The notes below the pieces were generated by a model that saw nothing but the letters and a program-made list of their open reading frames with translations, ran no database searches and had not been told where the DNA came from. From a virus (lineage: Duplodnaviria; Caudoviricetes), in the IMG/VR virus record IMGVR_UViG_3300032223_002716, positions 1-58,033 of that record: 58,033 nt of DNA; one strand, written 5' to 3'. Each line of letters starts with the position of its first letter. Within the stretch, counting starts at the first letter, position 1. This document shows, piece by piece, positions 45,606 through 55,555 of the stretch. The position numbers were made by a program, and so were the translations under genes.

Positions 45606-47231
45606 ATGGAAAAGTTTAAACCAGAAAATATTAAATGTAAATGTGGTTGGGAATGGGTGACTGAAAAAAAAGATAGTCACCCATATCTATGCCATGAGTG
45701 TGGGTTTGATAATAAGACTCACAAATATAATTTTAAAGCGTTAAATGATTGGAAAATGAGTCAAAAACCTTATGTTGAAGAACGAAATGATAATATCATT
45801 AGAAGAACATTTTCTGAGAGTGCTGATGAACATGAATTAACTTGGCATAGAGATAGAGAAGATAGAATAGTTATACCAATTAACGAGAATGATTGGTTAG
45901 TTCAATTTGATAATGAATTACCAAGAAAGTTAAATGTTGATGAAGAATTTTTTATACCTAAGAACACTTTTCATAGAGTTATAAAAGGTAAATCAGATTT
46001 AGTTGTTGAGATTATTGAAACTACTTTTGAAGAAGACGAGTATGAAGTTTATGAAATACTTGAAGAAGGTAAAAAGAAGAAGAAAAAGAAGAAGAAAGAT
46101 GCATGTTACTACAAAGTTAGAAGTAGATACGATGTATGGCCAAGTGCATACGCTAGTGGGGCATTAGTTAAATGTCGTAAAGTTGGTGCTAAAAACTGGG
46201 GTAACAGTACAGATGAATCTATTAATGAAGAAGTTACATCAGCTGAACCAAAGGAAGATAGTGCATTAACTAAAGCATTAAATATTTTGAGTAACTTCAT
46301 TAGAGGTAAAGAAGTCAATGCATTTTTAAATAAAATTAAAACTGTTCAAACATTTGGAGATTTTATATTAAAACCTAAAAAAGCTACCGAAGGTTCTAAT
46401 GGTTTTGAGATAGTTATTTTTGATAAAGAAAATAAAAAGAAGGTTGGTGGATTTGTAGCTATAATTTATAAAAGTGCTAAAACTGGTTTATATAATTTAC
46501 AAATTAGAAAAGCATACACATTTCCAGAATATAGAGGTCGTGGTATTATGAGAACATTTTACCAAGAATTTAATGATTGGTTAAAAAATACTTTTGATAA
46601 CTTTGATAAATTTACATCGGATTTTATATTTTTATATAACAAAGATACTGGTAATTATGATGGGTTTAATATGTGGGAAGATTTGGTTAAAAAAGGTTTA
46701 GCACGTAGATTGGGTCCAGATAGTGAATATATACCACCACAACCAGATAAAAAAGGTATGTGGCATTTAGAACATGGTTATGTTTTAAATGAAGATACGT
46801 TAGAAGAGGAATGGTCTGCAAAATATAAAAAAAGCATAGATTGTAATAATCCAAAAGGATTTAGCCAAAAAGCTAATTGCCAAGGTAGAAAAAAACATGA
46901 TGAGAGTGTTGAGGAATTACATGTTCATGAAGCTAAAAAAACTGATTTTTCTAAAGAGAAAGAACAAGGTTTACATGGTTGGTTTGCTAGACAAGGTGGT
47001 AAAGGTAAATCTAAAGGATGGGTTGATTGTAATACATGTAGAAAAGATTCAGAAACTGGTAAGAAAAAATGTAAACCTTGTGGTAGAAAAGAAGGTGAGC
47101 ATAGAGATTATCCAGCTTGTAGACCAACACCATCAGCTTGTGGAACTAAAGGTAAAGGTAAACACTGGGGTAAGAAAAGTTTAAAAGAATCAGTATGGGA
47201 TATTAATCCAATAATGCTAATAAAAAAGTAA
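45606..47231 (+). CDS. Multidomain protein (Zn finger, cupin, PSAYAS motif, GNAT-like, Cys-rich modules)
   Basis: WHRDRED/FHRVIKG; WPSAYASGALVKCR; PEYRGRGI; IDCNNPKGFSQ; YPACRPT. Confidence 0.75.
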   Translation: MEKFKPENIKCKCGWEWVTEKKDSHPYLCHECGFDNKTHKYNFKALNDWKMSQKPYVEERNDNIIRRTFSESADEHELTWHRDREDRIVIPINENDWLVQFDNELPRKLNVDEEFFIPKNTFHRVIKGKSDLVVEIIETTFEEDEYEVYEILEEGKKKKKKKKKDACYYKVRSRYDVWPSAYASGALVKCRKVGAKNWGNSTDESINEEVTSAEPKEDSALTKALNILSNFIRGKEVNAFLNKIKTVQTFGDFILKPKKATEGSNGFEIVIFDKENKKKVGGFVAIIYKSAKTGLYNLQIRKAYTFPEYRGRGIMRTFYQEFNDWLKNTFDNFDKFTSDFIFLYNKDTGNYDGFNMWEDLVKKGLARRLGPDSEYIPPQPDKKGMWHLEHGYVLNEDTLEEEWSAKYKKSIDCNNPKGFSQKANCQGRKKHDESVEELHVHEAKKTDFSKEKEQGLHGWFARQGGKGKSKGWVDCNTCRKDSETGKKKCKPCGRKEGEHRDYPACRPTPSACGTKGKGKHWGKKSLKESVWDINPIMLIKK

Positions 47232-47234
47232 TAA

Positions 47235-47627
47235 ATGGAAAAGTTGTATTTAATTTATATAAATAGTGTAGGTAAAGACTGGCAAGGTAATTACTTATAT
47301 GAGTTTTTGTATTCAAACACTATCAAAGACGTTGATGGTGAAGATTGGGATGCTGTACCAGCATCTAATAGACCAGAACCACCTCGTGAGGAATTTGTTA
47401 AGAAGGTTGGTAAGTTAACTACAAATGTTAAATTATCTTTGGTTCAAGAAAGTGATACATTTAGTGTATGGGATGCAGTTGATGGTATTATCGCTTTAGG
47501 TTGGGAAAATATTGATGAATATGATGAATACCCAGAAGTTAGACTTTGGTTTAAGTTTGGTGAGGAAATCAAAACAGTTAATGATAAACTATATGAAAAG
47601 GATATAGTATTAGAATATAATAAATAA
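47235..47627 (+). CDS. Hypothetical protein
   Basis: ORF in late operon. Confidence 0.75.
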   Translation: MEKLYLIYINSVGKDWQGNYLYEFLYSNTIKDVDGEDWDAVPASNRPEPPREEFVKKVGKLTTNVKLSLVQESDTFSVWDAVDGIIALGWENIDEYDEYPEVRLWFKFGEEIKTVNDKLYEKDIVLEYNK

Positions 47628-47647
47628 TATTAAATAATATAATTATT

Positions 47648-48019
47648 ATGAGAATTAAGAAAAAAGAACTTTTGGAAGCTTTGGACCCAAATAAAACTAT
47701 TGATAATTTAAATAAGGGGAGAGACGTTATAAATGCTGCTAAAGATTTTGAAGATTATGCTAAAACAGTTGTGAAACCAGAAGTAGCGGATGAATTAACT
47801 AATGCAATAGTTGAACCTAAAGAACAAAATTTAGAAGAAGAAAGTGCTGATAAAGTTCATACTAAAAAATTTGATAGTTGCGTAAAAAAAGTTAAAGCTA
47901 ATAGTCATGTAGATAATCCTTATGCTGTTTGTCAAGATTCTTTAGGTAAGGATGCTATTAGAAAGGCTCATCAAAGAACTGTTAAAGAAGTTATTAAAGT
48001 AAAAAATTTAAAAAAATAA
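47648..48019 (+). CDS. Hypothetical protein (KFDSCVKKV..NPYAVC motif)
   Basis: ORF in late operon. Confidence 0.7.
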   Translation: MRIKKKELLEALDPNKTIDNLNKGRDVINAAKDFEDYAKTVVKPEVADELTNAIVEPKEQNLEEESADKVHTKKFDSCVKKVKANSHVDNPYAVCQDSLGKDAIRKAHQRTVKEVIKVKNLKK

Positions 48020-48021
48020 TC

Positions 48022-49200
48022 ATGGGAGATTATAAACATATAGCTAAACGTATATTGGTTGAGAACCGAATTAAAGGTTTGCGTGAAAAATATCACAATA
48101 CTTTATACCATGAAGGTATTAATGAAATTATGCACCCAGATATTGAGGAATCAATATTGAACAGTGAGCATTCATTAACTGAGTGTGGTATTTTTCCACA
48201 ATCAGAGATACCTTTTGATATTGCTTTAATTGGTGATAGATTTAAAGATGTGGTATTAAATGGTAGAGAAGCATTTGATGTTAATCATGTTGACCCTAAC
48301 GATATGTATATGCATATGGACCATTTATTTGAAGAGACTCTAGAAATGGAGAAACCAAATAAAAAAAAGTTAGAGGAATTAGCGGTTAAAATGATGATGG
48401 AAGAATTTGAGATACCAGAAGGTGCTATCAAGTTTGAAGCTGAATTAACTACTGAAATTGAACCAAGTAAGAAATCAAATAAAGTAACTGAGGATACTAT
48501 TTTTGAGGACCATGATGAGTTAGTTAAAGGTAATGATGAGATTAAGAAAAGAAGAGCAATAAATGCTTTAATGGCTGGTGCCTCAAAAAATCTTGACCAT
48601 TTATACCATTTCTTTGGTGGTGAGTTAAAAAATATGAATACTAAGTTATTAAGTAACTATAAAAAAATTATGGCTGCAAATGACTTCTTATCATATGCTG
48701 AACCAGAGAATGATGATATGGTTGAAGGTGGGAATTGTGATGTAGTATACGAAAGTAAGAAGAATGGTGAGATTACTCCAACTGTAACAGCAAAAGCAAT
48801 GACTTTCCCTATTTTAGTATCTGAGTTATATAGAGGTGTTATGGAAGTGTTATCAACACATGGTATTCCAAATAATCCTAAGTTATTGGAATATGCGATT
48901 AATAACGCTGATTATGATGGTGCTAAACCATGGGATGAGAGAATTGGTCCTAAAATGTGGGATAGATTCTGTGAGGAAATCCCTAGAAAAGATATGAATG
49001 TAAAACATTTGGTATTTGCTGAATTTATTAAGAAGCCAGCTGTAGAATTTTTACATGATTTAAGAGAAGTATTAGGTAAAACTAAACATGGTAAACATGT
49101 AATATTAGAGATACTTTCACATGTTAAAAAAGAACTTGAAATGGAAGAGCAGATTAGGGAACTAAACGATACACATTTTGAGCGTGAAGACTTTGAATAA
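48022..49200 (+). CDS. Hypothetical protein
   Basis: 392-aa ORF upstream of terminase. Confidence 0.8.
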   Translation: MGDYKHIAKRILVENRIKGLREKYHNTLYHEGINEIMHPDIEESILNSEHSLTECGIFPQSEIPFDIALIGDRFKDVVLNGREAFDVNHVDPNDMYMHMDHLFEETLEMEKPNKKKLEELAVKMMMEEFEIPEGAIKFEAELTTEIEPSKKSNKVTEDTIFEDHDELVKGNDEIKKRRAINALMAGASKNLDHLYHFFGGELKNMNTKLLSNYKKIMAANDFLSYAEPENDDMVEGGNCDVVYESKKNGEITPTVTAKAMTFPILVSELYRGVMEVLSTHGIPNNPKLLEYAINNADYDGAKPWDERIGPKMWDRFCEEIPRKDMNVKHLVFAEFIKKPAVEFLHDLREVLGKTKHGKHVILEILSHVKKELEMEEQIRELNDTHFEREDFE

Positions 49201-49209
49201 ACTTAAATA

Positions 49210-49237
49210 AGACCATCAATAATTGATGGTTTTTTTG
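49210..49237 (+). terminator. Intrinsic terminator
   Basis: GACCATCAAT-A-ATTGATGGTTTTTTT. Confidence 0.8.
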
Positions 49238-49254
49238 TTTTTACTAGTATTTGC

Positions 49255-49262
49255 ATATTTAT
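49255..49262 (+). promoter_or_regulatory. Putative late-promoter motif ATATTTAT (representative copy)
   Basis: Upstream of terL, 53363, protease, scaffold, lysozyme and others (13011, 31261, 31691, 32357, 39504, 42999, 53340, 54698, 55482; minus 9170, 15005, 27856, 34616, 35593). Confidence 0.7.
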
Positions 49263-49274
49263 TAATAAAAACTT

Positions 49275-51008
49275 ATGCTAACAGCAGTAGAAATATTTGA
49301 AGAATATGCTAAATGTCTGAATAATCCAATTTATGCAATTGAGACTTATTTACAGACATTTGATAAAACTCAAGAAGGTTTTGTTCCATTTAAACTTTTT
49401 GTTAGACAGAAAGAAATTGTTAGAGCATATGAGAAACATAGATTTAATTTAGTCACCAAACCACGACAAGCTGGTATATCAACAACCACGCAAGCTTATT
49501 GTGGCATAAAGATTGGATTTGCCGACCCTAATAACCCTGAGACAATAATTGTTATTGCCAATAAGTTAACATTGGCTAAGAAGTTCTTAAAAGGGATAAA
49601 AGACTATGTTAGTCAATTACCTAGATGGGTATGGGGTGGTGAATATTATGGTGATAAAGAAAAAGAGAAGAAAAGTATCTTTGTGAAAGATTCTCAGATT
49701 GAGGTTGAATTACCAAATGGTTCTAAGATTATTGCGGTAGCAACATCTGAGGATGCATTAAGGGGATATACACCAACATTCCTAATCTTTGATGAGGCAG
49801 CCTTTATCGATAGAGGTGCTGATTTATATGCAGCAGCTGTAACATCGTTAGGTACTGGGGGTAGAGCAATATTAATCTCAACACCAAATGGTTATGACCC
49901 ATTATATTATAAAACTTATGAACAAGCTAAGAGGGGTGAGAATACATATAATATTATAGAATTAAAATGGTATGAAGACCCTAGGTACAATAAAGACTTA
50001 AGTTGGACCAAAAATGAAGAAACTGTTAAGGAATATGAATTTAGTATAGAATCCTACGCTAAGAAAATAAAAGATGGTTGGAAACCAGCATCTTCTTGGT
50101 ATATAAACATGTGTAAGAACATGAACAACGATAAGAAGAAGATTGCACAAGAGTTAGATGTATCATTCTTAGGTTCTGGGGGTAACGTAATAGATGATGA
50201 ATTTATTGACTTCCATGAGAAGAATAATGTAACTGAACCTAAGTATGTTGATAAAACATATTTTGATGGTAATAGTGGTTTAATATGGATTTGGTCTGAA
50301 CCTATCGAAGGTCATGAGTATATAATGGCAGCTGACGTTGCTAGAGGTGATGGTGCCGATTATTCATGTTTTCAGATTATAGATTTTACCACAATGGAAC
50401 AAGTTGTTGAATTTCAAGGTAAAATACCGCCAGATAACTTTGCTGAAGTATTAAACATATATGGTTTAAAATATGATGCATTTTTAATTGTTGATAATAT
50501 TGGTGTTGGTAATACTACAACTAGTAAATTGGTTGAGTTGAAATATCCAGATTTATATTACGAAGAAAAAACTAAAGATAATAAAGTAGCTGGATTTAAT
50601 ATTAACGGATGTAGATTACAATTAATCTCTAATTTGGAGATAGCAATTAGAACAAATACCATTAAGATAAATTCAATACGATTAATCCATGAGATGAAGA
50701 CATTCATTTATAAAAATGGTAGACCAGACCATATGGAAGGTTATCATGATGATTGTTTAATGAGTCTTGGTATGGCTTTATGGATATTGGAATCATCATT
50801 TAAAAGTTTAAAGAAAGCAAAAGAACAAACTAAGGCTATTTTAGCTGGATGGACTGTAGGTGGTAGTGATAGTTATAATTCAACTATAACAACTACTGAC
50901 CCAGTAACTAATAAGAAGGTAACTAAAATTAATCCAAATCATTCTGCGTATAGAAATGTACAAGACCCTAATGGAGATTATATGTGGTTATTTTCAGGAA
51001 TGAGATAA
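49275..51008 (+). CDS. terL: Terminase large subunit (T4 gp17-like)
   Basis: KPRQAGIST, LIFDEAAF, ISTPNG, ADVARGDGADYS, HDDCLMS. Confidence 0.95.
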   Translation: MLTAVEIFEEYAKCLNNPIYAIETYLQTFDKTQEGFVPFKLFVRQKEIVRAYEKHRFNLVTKPRQAGISTTTQAYCGIKIGFADPNNPETIIVIANKLTLAKKFLKGIKDYVSQLPRWVWGGEYYGDKEKEKKSIFVKDSQIEVELPNGSKIIAVATSEDALRGYTPTFLIFDEAAFIDRGADLYAAAVTSLGTGGRAILISTPNGYDPLYYKTYEQAKRGENTYNIIELKWYEDPRYNKDLSWTKNEETVKEYEFSIESYAKKIKDGWKPASSWYINMCKNMNNDKKKIAQELDVSFLGSGGNVIDDEFIDFHEKNNVTEPKYVDKTYFDGNSGLIWIWSEPIEGHEYIMAADVARGDGADYSCFQIIDFTTMEQVVEFQGKIPPDNFAEVLNIYGLKYDAFLIVDNIGVGNTTTSKLVELKYPDLYYEEKTKDNKVAGFNINGCRLQLISNLEIAIRTNTIKINSIRLIHEMKTFIYKNGRPDHMEGYHDDCLMSLGMALWILESSFKSLKKAKEQTKAILAGWTVGGSDSYNSTITTTDPVTNKKVTKINPNHSAYRNVQDPNGDYMWLFSGMR

Positions 51009-51020
51009 AAACAAATAATT

Positions 51021-51260
51021 ATGGCAAAAGTAATTTATGGAAAACCGTCAATATCGGTTAGAGGTGGTTTAGCTGAATTGTATTCATGGTCACCTGGTTC
51101 AAATGATAAAACTAGTAAAAAAACTGGTGTAGCCAATGGACCTAGTGGTGTTGGTTGTAGTTTAAATGAGGATTACAATGTATCATACGTGTATGAATTA
51201 TTGTTTACAGATGGTGCGGATAAAAGAATGTCTTATGTAGTTTGTGATTACGTAGAATAA
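51021..51260 (+). CDS. Hypothetical protein
   Basis: ORF between terL and portal. Confidence 0.65.
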   Translation: MAKVIYGKPSISVRGGLAELYSWSPGSNDKTSKKTGVANGPSGVGCSLNEDYNVSYVYELLFTDGADKRMSYVVCDYVE

Positions 51261-51306
51261 CTATTTAAATTTTCAAAGATTTAATTATAATAATAATAAA
51301 AAAAAT

Positions 51307-53319
51307 ATGGCAGATAATAAAAAAACCGTATTCCAGAGACTTAATACTATATTTGATGCAACTGGTGTTGATTTAACTAAAGTAAATCAAACCGTTAACA
51401 AATATTCTATTGGTAATGATGTGTTACTTAAAACACAATCTAAAGAGGAATATGAAGCAGCTAAATTACAAGCACAACAAGCTAAATTCTTAGGTAGTGT
51501 TTGGAGAAAAACTGAGAATGAATTAATTCAACACTCCATGCATTATGAAACAACTCGTATTGGTTCATATGCTGATTTTGAATCCATGGAATTTTATCCA
51601 GAAATTGCTGCGGCATTGGATATTATGATGGAAGAATCTACTACTGTAAACAGTAAAGGTAGAGTATTGAATGTTTATTCCGATAGTAAACGTATTCAAG
51701 GTATATTAGAAGATTTATTCTTCAATAGACTTGATTTACATGCAAGTTTACCAATGTGGACTAGAAACGTATGTAAGTATGGTGATAACTTCATATTATT
51801 AAACATTGACGATAAAAAAGGTATCGTTGGTGCTAGACAGTTACCTAACTTCGAGATTGAAAGAAGAGAAGGTGATATTGTTCAAAATCAATATAGTGGA
51901 GAATGGACAGTTAATAACGAAGGTGAGGATGCTAAAGTTAAATTCTTTTGGAGAGGTCGTGATATGGAATTTAATTCATGGCAAATTGCTCACTTTAGAT
52001 TATTAGGTGATGATAGACGTTTACCATATGGTACATCGGTATTAGAAAAAGCTAGACGTATTTGGAAACAATTACAGTTATCAGAAGATGCGATGTTAGT
52101 ATATCGTGTAACTAGAGCACCAGAAAGACGTGTATATAAAATATATGTTGGTAATATCGATGAACAAGATGTACCACAATACGTTGATGATATTGCTAAT
52201 AGGTTTAAAAGAAAACCAGTTATTGACCCACAAACTGGTCAAATCGATTTAAGATATAACCAATTAGCAAATGACCAAGATTATTTTATTCCAGTAAGGG
52301 ATGAGAATGCTGCAACTCCAATCGATACATTACAAGGTGCATCTAACTTGGACCAGATTGCTGATATTCAATACTTACAAAGAAAATTGTTTACTGCACT
52401 TAGAGTTCCAAAAACTTTCTTAGGTTTTGAGGAAGCAACTGGTGATGGTAAAAACTTGGCTATGCAAGATGTTCGTTTCTCTAGAACAATTAATAGAATA
52501 CAACAAGCGATTATTGCTGAATTAAATAAAATAGCAATTATCCATTTATATATGTTAGGTTTTGAGGATGAGATTTCTAATTTTAACCTATCATTGAATA
52601 ACCCATCTACTCAAGCTAAGATGTTGGAAATTGAGCAATTACAAGCTAAAATGACATTGTATAAAGATGCAGTATCAGAAGCTGGTAACGGATTCATGGG
52701 TATGTCTATGACTAGAGCTAGAAGAGATATTTTAGGTTGGACTGATGAAGAAATTAAGAAAGATTTCTTAGAACAAAGATTAGAGAAAGCAGCAGCTGCT
52801 GAAATAGAGAATACATCGGCAGTAATTAAACATACTGGTATGTTTGATGAAGTTGATGGTGTATACGGTGATATTAACGCTGCGATTGCTGGTGCTGGTG
52901 AAGGTGGTGAAGATGCTGGTGGAGCTATCGGTGGTGGTGGCGGTGGTTCATTCGGTGGCGGTGGATTTGGTAGTGCAACTGAAACACCAGAAGCTGGTGA
53001 AGAGGCTACCCCAGAGGCTGGTGAAGAAGCTACTCCAGAGGCTGGAACAGAAACACCTGAAGCTGGAGCAGAGGCGGCACCTGAAGAAACATTAGCTGAA
53101 CAAATTAAGAAAACTAACCAATTATTGACTGAGAATACTAAGCAGTTAAATCAAAGAAAAAATAAATACAGTAAAATGTATGTGAACCGATTAATTGATA
53201 ATATAGAACATAAAGAAACTATTATTAATGAGAGAGTTGCAATCTATGATAAAACGCTTAAAATCAATGAAGATATAAACGGAATGATTAACGATATAGA
53301 TAATATGTTAAAGGATTAA
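51307..53319 (+). CDS. Portal protein (T4 gp20-like)
   Basis: EDAMLVYRVTRAPERRVYKIYVGN, DYFIP, YLQRKLFTALRVP. Confidence 0.95.
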   Translation: MADNKKTVFQRLNTIFDATGVDLTKVNQTVNKYSIGNDVLLKTQSKEEYEAAKLQAQQAKFLGSVWRKTENELIQHSMHYETTRIGSYADFESMEFYPEIAAALDIMMEESTTVNSKGRVLNVYSDSKRIQGILEDLFFNRLDLHASLPMWTRNVCKYGDNFILLNIDDKKGIVGARQLPNFEIERREGDIVQNQYSGEWTVNNEGEDAKVKFFWRGRDMEFNSWQIAHFRLLGDDRRLPYGTSVLEKARRIWKQLQLSEDAMLVYRVTRAPERRVYKIYVGNIDEQDVPQYVDDIANRFKRKPVIDPQTGQIDLRYNQLANDQDYFIPVRDENAATPIDTLQGASNLDQIADIQYLQRKLFTALRVPKTFLGFEEATGDGKNLAMQDVRFSRTINRIQQAIIAELNKIAIIHLYMLGFEDEISNFNLSLNNPSTQAKMLEIEQLQAKMTLYKDAVSEAGNGFMGMSMTRARRDILGWTDEEIKKDFLEQRLEKAAAAEIENTSAVIKHTGMFDEVDGVYGDINAAIAGAGEGGEDAGGAIGGGGGGSFGGGGFGSATETPEAGEEATPEAGEEATPEAGTETPEAGAEAAPEETLAEQIKKTNQLLTENTKQLNQRKNKYSKMYVNRLIDNIEHKETIINERVAIYDKTLKINEDINGMINDIDNMLKD

Positions 53320-53362
53320 TCCTTTAACATATTCTAATAATATTTATTATTAAATTAAAACC

Positions 53363-54139
53363 ATGAGTAAAAACGTAAAAAATTTTGGTAAGATTAAGAA
53401 TACTTATAATACAATCTTAGTTGAGTCAATCACATCTAAAAAAGATGAGAATAAATCTTTATTTAAGAATTATATTAAAACGATTAAGAATGATGAGATT
53501 CTTAAAGAGCAATTTTTGATTTATAATAATATCGAAAATAAAATTGAGAAGGATAGATTTAAAGCTACTGAATATGTAAAAGAATCAATTGCTTTATTAT
53601 CTAAATACCCTAAACAATCTATTATTGAATCTAACGCTAAATTAATAGCTGATATTGCTTTTGAATTTGACGTAGATTATGATAAAAAAGATTTACATGA
53701 AGCAATTGCTACATTAGTATTCACTGATAGAAAAGCTAGTACATTAGATACTATCTTAGAAGCAACTGATAAAGTAGTTGATTACATTATGAATAATGAA
53801 CCTAAGACAATTAGTGAAGCGTTAGATATCCCTAATAGTATATTATTATCATTAAGCGTTGAAAACTTTAATGATGAATATAAAAATTTATCTGAGTCTG
53901 AAAAAGCTATTGTATCTGTAATGATTGAATCTACTCCAGAAGAGAAGGAAAAATTATTTAAAGACATTAATAACGAATGTTTATCGCTGGTTAACAGTAG
54001 ATTAGAAGAATCAGAAATTAACGCTAAAGAGAAATTACTATCGGTAAAAGAACGTTTATTAAACCAAGAATTTAATAAAGATAACTTCATTAAGGATGTT
54101 ACTAAGTTAATTGAATTAAAAGAAACGCTTAAGAACTAA
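53363..54139 (+). CDS. Hypothetical head-module protein
   Basis: ORF with ATATTTAT upstream. Confidence 0.8.
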   Translation: MSKNVKNFGKIKNTYNTILVESITSKKDENKSLFKNYIKTIKNDEILKEQFLIYNNIENKIEKDRFKATEYVKESIALLSKYPKQSIIESNAKLIADIAFEFDVDYDKKDLHEAIATLVFTDRKASTLDTILEATDKVVDYIMNNEPKTISEALDIPNSILLSLSVENFNDEYKNLSESEKAIVSVMIESTPEEKEKLFKDINNECLSLVNSRLEESEINAKEKLLSVKERLLNQEFNKDNFIKDVTKLIELKETLKN

Positions 54140-54195
54140 GATACCAGGTTGACTTTTTTTAATTATGCGTTATATTAATTAAAAAAAAAGTAAAT

Positions 54196-54636
54196 ATGTT
54201 AGTAAAAAAAGGTAAACAAATGAAGTTAGAAATGTTCGATAACTATAAAGTGAATATCGGAACTGTTGATAATAAAAATCCTAAAGCGTTATATGTAACG
54301 ATTTCAGCTTGGGGTAAACCAATCAACTTAGATGATGATAACTACACTATCGCAATTAAAAAATTAAATAAAGAAATCAAGAAGAAGGTATACGAAGTTT
54401 TACCTAAGAACTTGTTTGATGGAAATAGAACTATTGTTGATTTTGAAATTAAGGAATCTGGTATTTCAAATGAGAGAAGAAGTTACATGAATTGTGAAAT
54501 AACGCTGTATAAGTTAAATAATTTTAAGATACAGAGTAATTTAATTAATGATGCTGTTAAATCGGTTACAGCTAATGTAATTGCTGAAGTATTTGATTTA
54601 AACCCATATTTCACATTTCATAAAACAAAAAAATAA
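54196..54636 (+). CDS. Hypothetical protein
   Basis: ORF in head module. Confidence 0.75.
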   Translation: MLVKKGKQMKLEMFDNYKVNIGTVDNKNPKALYVTISAWGKPINLDDDNYTIAIKKLNKEIKKKVYEVLPKNLFDGNRTIVDFEIKESGISNERRSYMNCEITLYKLNNFKIQSNLINDAVKSVTANVIAEVFDLNPYFTFHKTKK

Positions 54637-54656
54637 ATAATAATCTCTTTTTAGGA

Positions 54657-54686
54657 ACCTCTATATTAATTTATAGAGGTTTTTTT
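54657..54686 (+). terminator. Intrinsic terminator
   Basis: AACCTCTATA..TATAGAGGTTTTTTT. Confidence 0.8.
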
Positions 54687-54720
54687 GTTTGTATCACATA
54701 TTTATTAATAAAATATTAAT

Positions 54721-55419
54721 ATGTCCGATATAAAAATATTAAAGGCTGGTCAATCTGGATTTGGATTTCTAATTGAATCTGACGCTGGTTTTATTAGTCC
54801 TAGTGATAATAGAAATAAACCTTTCATCACTGAGATGAAAAAATTAGATAGTGGTTCACATCCAAGTATGCACGAACCATTAATAGTATACGTAGTATTA
54901 CAAAAATGGGGAGTTAAAAACCGTAATGGTAGAATTTATCCAAAGAACATATTAGAGAGAGAGAACGAGAGGTATCAAGAACTAATTAGAGATAGAAGAG
55001 CTATTGGTGAATTAGACCATCCAGAATCATCTATTATTGCTGGTGATAGAATATCACACAATATCATTGAAACATGGTGGGAGAACAAAACTTTAATGGG
55101 TAAAATGGAGATATTAATGTCGCCAGGTTATATTAATTATGGTATTGTATCTACTAAAGGTGATGAAGTAGCAAACTTACTTAGAAATAATATTATGATA
55201 GGTGTATCATCTAGAGGGGTTGGTTCATTAAGAGAAATTAATGGTGAACAAGTTGTTCAAGATGACTTTGAAATTATCTGTTGGGATGTTGTAACTGCAC
55301 CAAGTACTCCAGGTTCATGGATGTTTAAAGATAAAGCTGAAGCTAGACCATTTAAAGAGTCTGTAGAAGGTAGAAAAGATTTATTAAGTGATGGTCTTGA
55401 TAAATTTTTATTAGACTAA
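54721..55419 (+). CDS. Prohead core protease (T4 gp21-like)
   Basis: NRNGRIYP, GELDHP, SHNI, GVSSRGVGS, DVVTAPS. Confidence 0.95.
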   Translation: MSDIKILKAGQSGFGFLIESDAGFISPSDNRNKPFITEMKKLDSGSHPSMHEPLIVYVVLQKWGVKNRNGRIYPKNILERENERYQELIRDRRAIGELDHPESSIIAGDRISHNIIETWWENKTLMGKMEILMSPGYINYGIVSTKGDEVANLLRNNIMIGVSSRGVGSLREINGEQVVQDDFEIICWDVVTAPSTPGSWMFKDKAEARPFKESVEGRKDLLSDGLDKFLLD

Positions 55420-55555
55420 TAAAAATATTTTTAAAAAAATAAATTTTTTTTATTAAAAAAAGATTTTTACAAAAATAACACATATTTATTAACAAGTGGT
55501 AAGACTATTATCGCTATTAATAGATTATAAATAATAAATAAAAAATAAAAAAGAG

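Noticed and set aside
52987-53090. 21-24-bp tandem repeats in the portal gene
   Set aside because: They encode a low-complexity PEAGEEAT linker, common in portal C-termini.
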